Source of the DNA: Alphaproteobacteria bacterium
GTDB lineage: Bacteria > Pseudomonadota > Alphaproteobacteria > JACAEB01
Assembly (NCBI GenBank): GCA_013389075.1
Contig: JACAEB010000116.1
Location: forward strand, 1-44,589
Direction: 5' to 3'
DNA: 44,589 nucleotides
Both the position numbers and the translations under genes were made by a program. Below are positions 33,222-42,276 of this stretch, piece after piece. The notes below the pieces were generated by a model. The model was not told where the DNA came from and ran no database searches. It worked only from the letters and a program-made list of their open reading frames with translations. Position 1 is the stretch's first letter; every line of letters begins with the position of its first letter.

Positions 33222-34451
33222 TCAGCGGGCCGGATCCTCGGCCGGCGCGCCCGTCTTCGAAACGGCGGGGAACCCCGCGAAGAGGCGCGCATAGGCCGCC
33301 AGCAGCTTGGGCGCCTCGTGCGGCCAGCTCAGCTCGGTCTCGACGCGCCGGCGGCCGAAGGCCCCCATGCGCGCGCGCGCCTCCTTGTCGTCGATCAGCG
33401 TCAGGATCTTGTCGCCGAAATTGGCCGGATCGCCGTTGCGGGCATAGAGGGAGGCCTCCTGCGCCGAGAAGCGGCCCTCGGTGAGATCGTATTGCACGAT
33501 CGGCTTGCCGAGCGCCATGTACTCCATGATCTTGTTCATGGTCGACTTGTCGTTCATCTCGTTCGGCGTGTCCGGATTGACGCAGACATCGGCCGTGTTG
33601 AGCATGGCGAGGAGCGTGTCGTCCGGGACCCGGCCCGTGAAGGTCACATAGTCGGCGACGCCCATTTGTGCGGCGAGCGCCACGATGTCGTCGAAGGCCG
33701 GCCCGGAGCCGACGATGCCGAACTGGATGTCGGTCCGCCCGCGCGTGCGGACGATGTGCCGGACGCTCTCGAGCAGGAGGTCGAGCCCTTCCTGCGCGCC
33801 GATCACGCCCACATAGCCCACGAGATGGGCCCGGCCCTTCCTCAGGGCGGGGTCGGGGGGCAGGATCCTCAGCCGCTCGAGCTTGGGGCCGGAGCGCACG
33901 ACCACCACCTTGTCGGGGTCCATGCGGCCGCGCTCGATGGCGATGCGGCGATAGGATTCGTTGGTGGCGATCGAGATGTCGGCGGTCGCGAAGCTCGCCC
34001 GCTCGAGCCAGACGAGAAGGCGCCAGAAGAAATCCCGGCGGCCGAACTTCGCCTCGTAGAGCTCGGGATTGATGTCGTGATGGTCGAAGACGAAGCGCTT
34101 GCCGAAGAGCTTGAGGACCGCGCCGATCAGAAAGATCGTGTCCGGAGGATTGCAGGCCTGAAGCGCGTCGATGCCGTGCCGGCGCCAGACCTTCAGTGTG
34201 AGGAGCGCTTCCCAGAAGAGCGCGCTGCCATATTCGAGCACATAGCCGAGCGCGCCCTTGGCCTCGAGCGGCAGCGGATGGCGATAGACGTGGATGCCGT
34301 CGATCTCCTCGTGGGAGGCTTCCGCGTCCTTGCCCTTGGGGCAGATCACGCTGACGGTGTAACCGGCGGCGCGCAGTGTCGTCGCCTCGGCCCAGACCCG
34401 CCGGTCGAAGGGCACGGGCAGGTTCTCGACGATGATCAGGATGCGCTGCAT
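33222..34451 (-). CDS. Family-4 (GT-B, group 1) glycosyltransferase
   Basis: ATG 34451 has GGAGG 8 nt upstream. The N-terminus is MQRILIIVENLPVPFDRRVW. The C-terminal half carries a GT-B nucleotide-sugar-binding region including the EX7E-type motif (NEMNDKSTMNKIMEYMALGKPIV). Confidence 0.85.
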   Translation of the reverse strand: MQRILIIVENLPVPFDRRVWAEATTLRAAGYTVSVICPKGKDAEASHEEIDGIHVYRHPLPLEAKGALGYVLEYGSALFWEALLTLKVWRRHGIDALQACNPPDTIFLIGAVLKLFGKRFVFDHHDINPELYEAKFGRRDFFWRLLVWLERASFATADISIATNESYRRIAIERGRMDPDKVVVVRSGPKLERLRILPPDPALRKGRAHLVGYVGVIGAQEGLDLLLESVRHIVRTRGRTDIQFGIVGSGPAFDDIVALAAQMGVADYVTFTGRVPDDTLLAMLNTADVCVNPDTPNEMNDKSTMNKIMEYMALGKPIVQYDLTEGRFSAQEASLYARNGDPANFGDKILTLIDDKEARARMGAFGRRRVETELSWPHEAPKLLAAYARLFAGFPAVSKTGAPAEDPAR

Positions 34452-34479
34452 CGCTCGAACCTCCCCGGACGAGCCGGCC

Positions 34480-35793
34480 CTACCAGTTGATCCCGTCATA
34501 GCGGTCTCCGAGGCCGTCCGTGCCCGGAATGCGCACGAGGTCGACGAGCCGCTGATCGGCCCGCATCAGCCCCGGCACCCCGGCGAAGGCGGGGTCGTTG
34601 TTGCCGATCACGACGATCTCGCCATGGGCCACGGTGGCGGCGAGGTCCTCGCTCATCAGCTCGGCGATGTGCGGGATGACGCGCAGGATGTAGTCCTGAT
34701 TGGCGCCCGTGAGCCGCGCGAGGTGGACGTTGCGGTCATAGAGGCGCAGCTCGCAGCCCTTGCCGATCAGCCGCTCGATCACCTCCACCTGCGGGCTCTC
34801 GCGCAGATCGTCCGTCCCCGCCTTGAAGGAGAAGCCGAGGAAGGCGATCTTGCGCCTGCCGGTGGCGAGAATGCGCTCGACGCAGCGGTCGATCTGTTCG
34901 CGGTTCGAGGGCAGGACGGAGTCCAGCACCGGAAGGGCGAGGTCGAGCGAGCGCCCCATATAGGTCAGTGCCCGGAGGTCCTTGGGCAGGCAGGAGCCGC
35001 CAAAGGCGAAGCCCGGCATCAGGTAGGTGCGGGAGATGTTGAGCTTGGTGTCCTGGCAGAAGATCTCCATCACCTCGTGGCTGTCGATGGAGAGCGCCTT
35101 GGCGATGTTGCCGATCTCGTTGCCGAAGGCGACCTTGAGGGCGTGCCAGGCATTGTCCGCATACTTCACGAGCTCGGCCGTCTCAACCGAGGTGACGAAG
35201 AGCGGTGCATCGAGCATGGCGTAAAGCTCGGCCACCGCCTTGCCGGTTTCGGGATGGAGCGAGCCGATCACCGTCTTGGGCGGATTGTAGAAATCCTTGA
35301 CCGCCGTAGACTCGCGCAGGAATTCCGGATTGTTCGCGACGCCGAAATCGGTGCCGGCGGCAAGCCCGCTCGCGGCTTCGAGCGCGGGGATGACGAGGCC
35401 GCGCATGGTGCCGGGCAGGATGGTCGAGCGGATGACGACCGTATGCCGCGAGGACTTGCCCGCGATGGCCCGGCCGATCTCGCCGCACACGGCCTCGACC
35501 GCGCGCGTGTCGAGGCTGCCGTTCCGGCGGCTCGGCGTGCCCACGCAGACGAGCGAGATGTCGGTGGCGGCGATGGCGGCGGTGCTGTCGGTGGTGGCGC
35601 GGATGGCGCCGCGCCCGACGGCGTCCTCGATGATCTCGGGAACGCCGGGCTCGATGATCGGCGCCTGGCCGCGATTGATCAGGTCGACCTTGACGGGGCT
35701 CACATCGACGCCGACGACCTCATGGCCCTCCCTGGCGAGGCAGGCGGCCGTGACGGCTCCGACATAGCCGAGCCCGAAAACGCTGATCTTCAT
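34480..35793 (-). CDS. algD: GDP-mannose 6-dehydrogenase-like nucleotide-sugar dehydrogenase (AlgD family)
   Basis: 437 aa. MKISVFGLGYVGAVTAACLAREGHEVVGVDVSPVKVDLINRGQAPIIEPG, NPEFLRESTAVKD, GFAFGGSCLPKDLRALTY, SFKAGTDDLRESP and the C-terminal ...GINW run collinear, as I recall it, with Pseudomonas AlgD (MRISIFGLGYVGAV... ending GICW). They fit AlgD better than Ugd-type UDP-glucose dehydrogenases. Confidence 0.8.
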   Translation of the reverse strand: MKISVFGLGYVGAVTAACLAREGHEVVGVDVSPVKVDLINRGQAPIIEPGVPEIIEDAVGRGAIRATTDSTAAIAATDISLVCVGTPSRRNGSLDTRAVEAVCGEIGRAIAGKSSRHTVVIRSTILPGTMRGLVIPALEAASGLAAGTDFGVANNPEFLRESTAVKDFYNPPKTVIGSLHPETGKAVAELYAMLDAPLFVTSVETAELVKYADNAWHALKVAFGNEIGNIAKALSIDSHEVMEIFCQDTKLNISRTYLMPGFAFGGSCLPKDLRALTYMGRSLDLALPVLDSVLPSNREQIDRCVERILATGRRKIAFLGFSFKAGTDDLRESPQVEVIERLIGKGCELRLYDRNVHLARLTGANQDYILRVIPHIAELMSEDLAATVAHGEIVVIGNNDPAFAGVPGLMRADQRLVDLVRIPGTDGLGDRYDGINW

Positions 35794-36012
35794 GCAGTCC
35801 GTCCCTTTTCCCTGACGCTACCGGCTCTTTTGCACTGCAACAAGCGCGCCATGCCTGTCCTAGAGAGGGTGTGGCTCCCGCCATGCGTGTCGGGGCATCC
35901 GGAGCGAGCCTCCCGCCAGCCTAGAGGGGAAAGATTGCGATCCGGTTCAAGGAGATGCCCCGACCACGGCCAACCCGGTGGAGGTCCGCCCGTTCCGCGC
36001 CGCGGCCCCGCC

Positions 36013-37101
36013 TCAGGGCGTCCCGTCGAGGTCGGGCCGGACATAGGGCGCGAGCATCGGCCCGAGGGCGCGCGAGACGATCTGGCTGCCCGTCCAGTTC
36101 ACATGGGTCTCGTCGAGCCAGAGATGGCTCTCCTGCACCAGCGGATGGACGGTTAGGACAGGGCCGGCCCCGCCCCAGACAGAGCGCTCGGCGGGCTCGG
36201 GCGGCGCCCCGAAGCTCGGCAGGTAGAGGAAGACGAGCCGCGTCCCGTGGGCGCGGGCGAGGGCGATGATCCTGCGGATGTAGAAGCGGTTGGCGCCGAA
36301 CTCGACCTCGGCGAGCGCCTCGGGGAGGAGCGGATCGTCGATGCCGGCCTGGAACCGCCGGGCGGCGGCCCTCAGCTCGGCCTCGGGCATGGTGCGGTCG
36401 CGGGATTTCCGGTTGCCCTCGGCATCGATCAGCACATCGCCCCGGTCGAGATTGGCGCCCGCATACTGGCCCGGCTCGAAGCGCGGGGCCGGCTCGAGGC
36501 CGACCGTCTGGGGCAGGGAGCGCAGGAACAGGTCGAGCTGGCGGCCGGGCAGGGCGACGAGGTCGCGCGCATAGCGCAGATTGCCGATGACCGGCGCCTC
36601 GAGAATGTCGCCCGCATCGGCGATGGTGGAGAACTGCGGGTGCAGGTGGCGTTCGGCGATCTCGGTCACCTCGAGGACGATGACGGGCACATCGCGCGAT
36701 TCGAGCAGCTCCTTGACGAGCGCATAGTGCAGGTTCCGGCCCATCTGCGGCAGGTTGAAGTTCACCGCATGCGCGGCAATCCCCTCCCGCGCGAGCGCCT
36801 CCTCGACGATCGCGGTCTGGATGGCCCCGCCCGTGCGCGAGGAGCCAAAGAAGGCGACGTCGATGGGGGTCGGGTCGAAATGGATGCGCTCGTAGATCCA
36901 GCGCGTCTTCGGATATTGCTGCGTCTCGTCGGCGCGGATGTAGCGCAGATAGTCCGAATGCGGAAGAAGACACATGAGGACGAGCGTCGCCACCATGGAG
37001 AGCGCCGTCACCCCGGCGAAGGCCGCCGTGGTGCGCCAGCCGCCGGCAAGCCGCCCCGCGGGCGCGGCATCGGTCGTGGCTGTGGTGGGCACGGTGTCCA
37101 T
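36013..37101 (-). CDS. AlgJ/AlgX-like (SGNH/DHHW-type) polysaccharide O-acetylation partner protein, membrane-anchored
   Basis: It starts 8 nt after the MBOAT stop. It has the N-terminal anchor AFAGVTALSMVATLVLMCLL, early FFGSSRTGG, and late LDETHVNWTG (a D-x-x-H type motif), as in AlgJ/AlgX/PatB-like acetyltransferases that pair with MBOAT proteins. Confidence 0.55.
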   Translation of the reverse strand: MDTVPTTATTDAAPAGRLAGGWRTTAAFAGVTALSMVATLVLMCLLPHSDYLRYIRADETQQYPKTRWIYERIHFDPTPIDVAFFGSSRTGGAIQTAIVEEALAREGIAAHAVNFNLPQMGRNLHYALVKELLESRDVPVIVLEVTEIAERHLHPQFSTIADAGDILEAPVIGNLRYARDLVALPGRQLDLFLRSLPQTVGLEPAPRFEPGQYAGANLDRGDVLIDAEGNRKSRDRTMPEAELRAAARRFQAGIDDPLLPEALAEVEFGANRFYIRRIIALARAHGTRLVFLYLPSFGAPPEPAERSVWGGAGPVLTVHPLVQESHLWLDETHVNWTGSQIVSRALGPMLAPYVRPDLDGTP

Positions 37102-37109
37102 GAAGGGGC

Positions 37110-38624
37110 TCAGAAGTTGAAGTAGATGAAGATCTGCGGGCGCCAGATGAGGGCTATCACGAGCGCGAGCATCATGCCCGAGGCGATCGCGACCGGGACG
37201 CTCGCCGCCGGCAGCAGCACCCCGCCCCGCTCCGCCGCGAACCCCGCGCCCTGCGCCGCCGGCGGGCCGAGGAGCCAGCGCGGCCGGGCGAGAGGACGGT
37301 CCGGATGCGGATCATAGGCGATGAGCCGCAGGATGGGCGGGGCCCGGAAGGCGAGGAGCGCGGCGAGGGCGACCATGAGGAGGTCGGCCATGCCATAGGA
37401 CGGGGCGGCCTCGCCCGGCGCGCCGCCGGTCATGCCCGACAGGAGCGTCAGGGCGCCGCCCACGCTCTCGGCCCGGAAGAACACCCAGGCGAGCGTGACG
37501 AGGAGGAAGGTGAGCGCCATCTTGGCGGCCGGCGGCAGCCAGCGGGGATCGCGGTCGAGGGCCGGGAGCCCCGCGCGCATCAGGTGGTTTGCGGTGATGA
37601 GCGAGGCATGGATGAAGCCCCAGATGACGAAGGTCCAGCCCGCGCCGTGCCAGATGCCGCCGAGCAGCATGGTGACGAAGATGTTCTGCAGGCGCGAGAT
37701 CTCGCCGCGCCGGTTGCCGCCGAGCGGGATGTAGATGTAGTCGCGCAGCCAGGTCGAGAGCGTGATGTGCCAGCGCCGCCAGAACTCGATGATGGAGAGC
37801 GAGCGGTAGGGCGTGTCGAAATTGAGCGGCAGCTTCAGACCGAAGAGGAGGCCGAGGCCGATCGCCATCTCCGAATAACCCGAGAAGTCGAAATAGATCT
37901 GGAAGCTGTAGGCGAGGGCGGCGACCCAGCTCGCCCCCATGTCGGGCGCGTGGCCCGCCTCGGCGAGGCGGAAGCCCAAATCGGCGATGGGCGCGAGATT
38001 GTCTGCGATCAGAACTTTCTTGCCGAGCCCCACGCAGAAGACGACGAGCCCCAGCATGGGCGCCACCGGATCGAGCGGGCGATGGGTGAGGGCGGCGAAT
38101 TGCGGCCGCATGTAGCTGTGGTGGACGATCGGGCCCGCCACAAGCTGGGGAAAGAAGCTCACGAAGAGCGCGTACTGGCTGAAGCTGCGCTCGTGGCTGC
38201 GGCTCGCATAGCAGTCGGCCACATAGGCGATCTGCTGGAAGGTGTAGAAGGAGATGCCGAGCGGCAGGAGGAGCCCGAGCGGCTCGTATGGCAGGCCCAG
38301 CGCCTCGGCCATGTTGCCGGCGAGGAAGTCCCAGTACTTGAAGAAGCCGAGAATGCCGAGATTGAGGCAGATGCCGACGATCGCGATCACCCGCGCCTCG
38401 GGCTTGGGGCGCTCGGCGCAGGCCGCGCCGAAATAGTAGTTCGCGACCAGGGTCACGATCAGGATGGCGAAGTGGAAGAGGCTCCACCAGGCGTAGAAGG
38501 CCCAGGAGGCCGCGATGAGAAGTCCCACGCAGGCGCCCCAGCGGCCGAAGCGACGTGCGAGGAAGAAGACCCCGAGCGTCAGCGGCATGAAGACGAGCAG
38601 GAAGATGTAGGAATTGAACAGCAT
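37110..38624 (-). CDS. MBOAT-family membrane O-acyltransferase (AlgI/DltB/PatA-like)
   Basis: The N-terminus MLFNSYIFLLVFMPLTLGVFF is typical of AlgI-like proteins. It also has the conserved FWRRWHITLSTWLRDYIYIPLGGNR with the catalytic His region. It is 504 aa and polytopic. Confidence 0.9.
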   Translation of the reverse strand: MLFNSYIFLLVFMPLTLGVFFLARRFGRWGACVGLLIAASWAFYAWWSLFHFAILIVTLVANYYFGAACAERPKPEARVIAIVGICLNLGILGFFKYWDFLAGNMAEALGLPYEPLGLLLPLGISFYTFQQIAYVADCYASRSHERSFSQYALFVSFFPQLVAGPIVHHSYMRPQFAALTHRPLDPVAPMLGLVVFCVGLGKKVLIADNLAPIADLGFRLAEAGHAPDMGASWVAALAYSFQIYFDFSGYSEMAIGLGLLFGLKLPLNFDTPYRSLSIIEFWRRWHITLSTWLRDYIYIPLGGNRRGEISRLQNIFVTMLLGGIWHGAGWTFVIWGFIHASLITANHLMRAGLPALDRDPRWLPPAAKMALTFLLVTLAWVFFRAESVGGALTLLSGMTGGAPGEAAPSYGMADLLMVALAALLAFRAPPILRLIAYDPHPDRPLARPRWLLGPPAAQGAGFAAERGGVLLPAASVPVAIASGMMLALVIALIWRPQIFIYFNF

Positions 38625-38839
38625 GCGCGCCGGAGGTCCTGTGTGGCCGGACGGTGCGGCCGGGAGAGCCCGGGGGACGGAGGGGCCGGCCCGCCGCCCC
38701 CACTATCTCTCCCAACAATTACAATTGCGTTCAATCCCGCCGGTGCCGGCCCCTCGGGACGGGGACTTGCAGGGCGCGGGCCGGCAGGATACCCCCGGGG
38801 TCTCCATGACGATCCCCGGAGAGGGAGTACCCCGGACCC

Positions 38840-40588
38840 ATGTCGCGCATCCTTATCACGAGCGCCTTGCCCTATGTGAACGGCGTCAAGCATCTGGGCA
38901 ATCTTGCGGGCTCGATGCTGCCGGCGGATGTGTTCGCGCGGTTCTGCCGGGCCTGCGGGCACGAGACGCTCGCCATCTGCGCGACCGACGAGCACGGCAC
39001 CCCCGCCGAGCTCGCCGCGGCCGAGGCGGGCGAGGAGGTGGCGGCGTTCTGCGCCCGCTGGCATGAGCGCCAGCGCGAGCTCGGGGAGGCGTTCGGCCTC
39101 TCCTGGGACCATTTTGGACGGACCTCGAGCCCGCAGAATCACGCCTTCACGCAGCATCTCGCCGACCGGCTCGACGCCAACGGCTATATCGAGGAGCGGA
39201 CCATCCGGCAGGTCTATTCGCTCGAGGACGAGCGCTTCCTGCCCGACCGTTACGTGGTCGGCACCTGCCCCCATTGCGGCTATGACCGGGCGCGGGGCGA
39301 CCAGTGCGAGAACTGCACGCGCGTGCTCGATCCCACCGATCTTCTCGAGCCGCGCTCGGCCATTTCGGGCTTGACCCGGCTCGAGGTGCGCGAGTCGCGC
39401 CATCTCTACCTGCTCCAGTCGAAGCTCGTGGACCGGCTGCGGCAGTGGATCGGCAGCCAGACCGAATGGCCCCATCTGGTCACCTCCATCGCCCTCAAAT
39501 GGCTCGATGAGGGGCTGCAGGACCGGGGCATCACGCGCGACCTCAAATGGGGCGTGCCGGTCGCCCATGACGGCAAATGGGAGGGGCTGGCCGGCAAGGT
39601 CTTCTATGTCTGGTTCGACGCGCCCATCGGCTATATTGGCGCGACGAAGGAATGGGCCGATCTCGATCCGAAGGCGCGCGACTGGGAGCGCTGGTGGCGC
39701 CTGGGCAAGGGCGCGGACGCGGTCCGCTACGTCCAGTTCATGGGCAAGGACAACGTGCCCTTCCACACGGTGGGCTTCCCGGCGACCCTGCTCGGCTCGG
39801 GCGAGGACTGGAAGCTCGTCGACGTCATCAAGGGCGTGAACTGGCTCACCTATTACGGCGGCAAGTTCTCCACGAGCCAGCGGCGCGGCGTCTTCATGGA
39901 CCAGGCGCTCGAGGTCCTGCCGGCCGATTACTGGCGCTACTACCTCACCGCCAACGCGCCGGAGGGCTCGGACAGCTCCTTCACCTGGGAGCATTTCGCG
40001 GCGACGGTGAACAAGGACCTCGCCGACGTCCTCGGCAATTTCGTGAACCGGCTCCTGAAGTTCTCGACCGCCCGCTTCGGCGAGACCGTGCCGGCGGGGG
40101 GCGCGCCGGGGCCGGAGGAGGCCGCGCTCCTGCCCGCGCTCGCCGCGCGCATGGCCGCCTACAAGGGCCATCTCGAGGCGATCGAGCTCAGAAAGGCTAT
40201 GGGGGAGCTGCGCGCCATCTGGGTGCTCGGCAACGAGTATCTCGCGCGCGCCGCGCCCTGGGTGGCGATCAAGACCGATCCCGAGCGGGCGGCCATCATC
40301 ATCCGGACCGGGATCAATCTCGCCCGGCTGATGGCGCTCCTCTCCTGGCCCGTGATCCCCGGAACGGCCGAGCGCATCCTCGCCGCCGTCGACCCCGCCC
40401 TCGCCGACAGGGCGGGCGGGATCGTCCGCTGGCCCTCGGGTTCCATCGAGGACGAGATGAGCCGGCTCGGGCCCGGCGCGCCGATCGCGGTCCCCGGCCT
40501 CCTCTTCCGCAAGCTCGACCCCGAGGAGGTGGCCGCCCTCGAGGCCCGCTTCGGCGGGGCGGACGCCGCGCCCGCGCCCGGCAAATGA
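38840..40588 (+). CDS. metG: Methionine--tRNA ligase
   Basis: [22 protein letters not shown] (HIGH-type region), the zinc knuckle [17 protein letters not shown], and KFSTSQRRG (KMSKS-type). Confidence 0.95.
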   Translation: MSRILITSALPYVNGVKHLGNLAGSMLPADVFARFCRACGHETLAICATDEHGTPAELAAAEAGEEVAAFCARWHERQRELGEAFGLSWDHFGRTSSPQNHAFTQHLADRLDANGYIEERTIRQVYSLEDERFLPDRYVVGTCPHCGYDRARGDQCENCTRVLDPTDLLEPRSAISGLTRLEVRESRHLYLLQSKLVDRLRQWIGSQTEWPHLVTSIALKWLDEGLQDRGITRDLKWGVPVAHDGKWEGLAGKVFYVWFDAPIGYIGATKEWADLDPKARDWERWWRLGKGADAVRYVQFMGKDNVPFHTVGFPATLLGSGEDWKLVDVIKGVNWLTYYGGKFSTSQRRGVFMDQALEVLPADYWRYYLTANAPEGSDSSFTWEHFAATVNKDLADVLGNFVNRLLKFSTARFGETVPAGGAPGPEEAALLPALAARMAAYKGHLEAIELRKAMGELRAIWVLGNEYLARAAPWVAIKTDPERAAIIIRTGINLARLMALLSWPVIPGTAERILAAVDPALADRAGGIVRWPSGSIEDEMSRLGPGAPIAVPGLLFRKLDPEEVAALEARFGGADAAPAPGK

Positions 40589-40665
40589 GGTTGCCTGCCG
40601 CCGCCATCCCGCGCATCATCGACCTTCCTTCGGCGCGGGGGCGCCGGCAGAGCGAGGCGCGGGGC

Positions 40666-41157
40666 ATGGGCGTTGGCAGGGACATCGGTCATGCGAGCCG
40701 GCGGGGCGCGGCGCTCCTGCTCGCTTCGGCGCTTGCGGTCGTGCTCGCAGGCGCTCCGCCCGCGCTCGCGCGGTCCCAGAGCCTCGACTATGTGGACTTC
40801 CTCGGCGACCGGGGAACGGATGCGCCGGGCGCCTATGTCGCGCGGACGGCCGAGCAATGGCTCGACCTCTGGGCCCTAACGGCCGCGACCCCGCCCCGCG
40901 GGCTCGGCAAGGGCGAGATCGCGGTCGGCATCTTCGCGGGAACGCGGCCCACGGGCGGCTACAGCCTCACCACGCGCAAGGTGATCGCGGACGGCGATAC
41001 GGTCACGGTCGAGATCGAGGAGCGCCGGCCCTGGCCGGGTGCCGTCGTCACCCAGGCCCTGACCGCGCCCTATGTCATCGTCGTCTTCGACAGCGAGGCC
41101 GAGGAGGTGACGGTCTACAGCCGCACCGTGCCCGTGCCCCCGCCAGAGCGGCCCTGA
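40666..41157 (+). CDS. PrcB-C-like domain protein, secreted
   Basis: This is the last 163 codons of the track ORF 39577..41157; the rest overlaps metG out of frame. It has the signal peptide RRGAALLLASALAVVLAGAPPALA and the core IAVGIFAGTRPTGGYSLTT...VTVEIEERRP, resembling the protease-complex PrcB C-terminal domain. Confidence 0.55.
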   Translation: MGVGRDIGHASRRGAALLLASALAVVLAGAPPALARSQSLDYVDFLGDRGTDAPGAYVARTAEQWLDLWALTAATPPRGLGKGEIAVGIFAGTRPTGGYSLTTRKVIADGDTVTVEIEERRPWPGAVVTQALTAPYVIVVFDSEAEEVTVYSRTVPVPPPERP

Positions 41158-41175
41158 CGGTCCGGCGGAGGCTCC

Positions 41176-42276
41176 ATGGCGCTGCCGCTGGGAGCGTTCC
41201 TGCCCTGGTTCGCCGTTCCGGCCAGCAATGCCGCGCGTTTTGCCATCGACACGGTCGGTGGGCGGATCGTCCTTCTCACCCTCCTCGGCCGGGCCGAGGC
41301 CCCCGATACCGAAGCGCTCGGCCGGGCCTTCCTCGAGGTCGAGGCGCCCTTCGCGGGCGAGCGGATCATCTGGTTCGGCCTCGTCACGGGCGCCCCTGAC
41401 GCCCAGCCCGACTGGGTGCGCCAGCGCATTCCGGGCCGGCGCTTCCTCTTCGACACCGACGGCAGCCTCGCGCGCGAGCTCGCCGGGGCCGGGATCGAGG
41501 CGCCGCAGGCCCGGCCGGCGACGCTCCTTCTCGACCGGCTCCTGCGCCTGCGGGGGCTCGTGCGCCATGCCGAGCCCGCACTTCACGCGAGCGACAGCGT
41601 GCGCGGGGCCCGCGCCCTCCTCGCCGAGGCCGAGCGGCTCGATGCGGGGCAGGCCGCGCCGGTCCTGACGCTCACGGACGTGTTCGAGCGGTCCTTCTGC
41701 GAGCGGCTGATCGCGACCTATGAGGCCGGGCAGCCCGAGGAGTCGGGCTTCATGACCGAGGAGGGCGGGCGCACGGTCGGGCGCTATGATCACGGCTTCA
41801 AGAGCCGGCACGACCTTCTCATCGCCGACGAGGGCCTGCGGGCGGAGGTGCGGGCCCGCATATCCGCCCGCCTCGTGCCGGCGGTGCACCGCGCCTTCGC
41901 CTTCAAGGCCGACTATATCGAGCGCTATCTCGTGGCCTGCTACGATGCCGAGGCGGGCGGACGGTTCAGAGCCCATCGCGACAACACCACCGCCGGCACG
42001 GCCCATCGCCGCTTCGCGGTGACGATCAATCTGAATGCGGAGGACTATGAGGGGGGCGATCTCTCGTTCCCCGAATTCGGCCCCCGCCGCTATCGCGCGC
42101 CGACGGGCGGTGCGGTGGTGTTCTCCTGCTCGCTCCTGCACGAGGTGGACCCGGTGCGGCGGGGCCGGCGCTTCTGCTGCCTGCCATTTCTCTACGATGC
42201 GGCGGCGCGGGACATACGCGAGCGGAACATCGGCCTCGTGGGTCAGTCGCCGGCGGATCCGCCGCCCGCCACATAG
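41176..42276 (+). CDS. 2OG-Fe(II) oxygenase (prolyl-4-hydroxylase-like) with an N-terminal thioredoxin-fold-like, Cys-less domain
   Basis: GGAGG lies upstream of ATG 41176. The C-terminal part FRAHRDNTTAGTAHRRFAVTINLNAEDYEGGDLSFPEF...VVFSCSLLHEV carries the H-x-D...H pattern. The N-terminal 130 aa resemble a redoxin fold but have no Cys. Confidence 0.65.
   Translation: MALPLGAFLPWFAVPASNAARFAIDTVGGRIVLLTLLGRAEAPDTEALGRAFLEVEAPFAGERIIWFGLVTGAPDAQPDWVRQRIPGRRFLFDTDGSLARELAGAGIEAPQARPATLLLDRLLRLRGLVRHAEPALHASDSVRGARALLAEAERLDAGQAAPVLTLTDVFERSFCERLIATYEAGQPEESGFMTEEGGRTVGRYDHGFKSRHDLLIADEGLRAEVRARISARLVPAVHRAFAFKADYIERYLVACYDAEAGGRFRAHRDNTTAGTAHRRFAVTINLNAEDYEGGDLSFPEFGPRRYRAPTGGAVVFSCSLLHEVDPVRRGRRFCCLPFLYDAAARDIRERNIGLVGQSPADPPPAT

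Noticed and set aside
35830-35840. Perfect palindrome TTGCA-C-TGCAA about 40 nt upstream of the AlgD-like gene start, as an operator
   Set aside because: A 5+5 palindrome is expected by chance at appreciable frequency in a 200-bp intergenic region. I recognise no matching regulator motif and there is no second copy.
39577-40665. Upstream part of the 526-aa ORF 39577..41157
   Set aside because: It overlaps metG out of frame and is Arg/Gly/Pro-rich. Only the last 163 codons, which carry a signal peptide and a PrcB-like core, look real.
19012-42141. A series of long antisense or out-of-frame ORFs across the EPS locus and beyond. Examples: 19012..20781, 21406..22515, 22749..23996, 23569..24861, 26973..28019, 28752..30545, 31529..33151, 34432..36156, 37305..38879, 37312..38718, 38579..40171 and 40876..42141.
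   Set aside because: Each overlaps a frame with recognisable family motifs on the other strand or in another frame. Their translations are Arg/Pro/Gly/Ala-rich low-complexity sequence without domain signatures.
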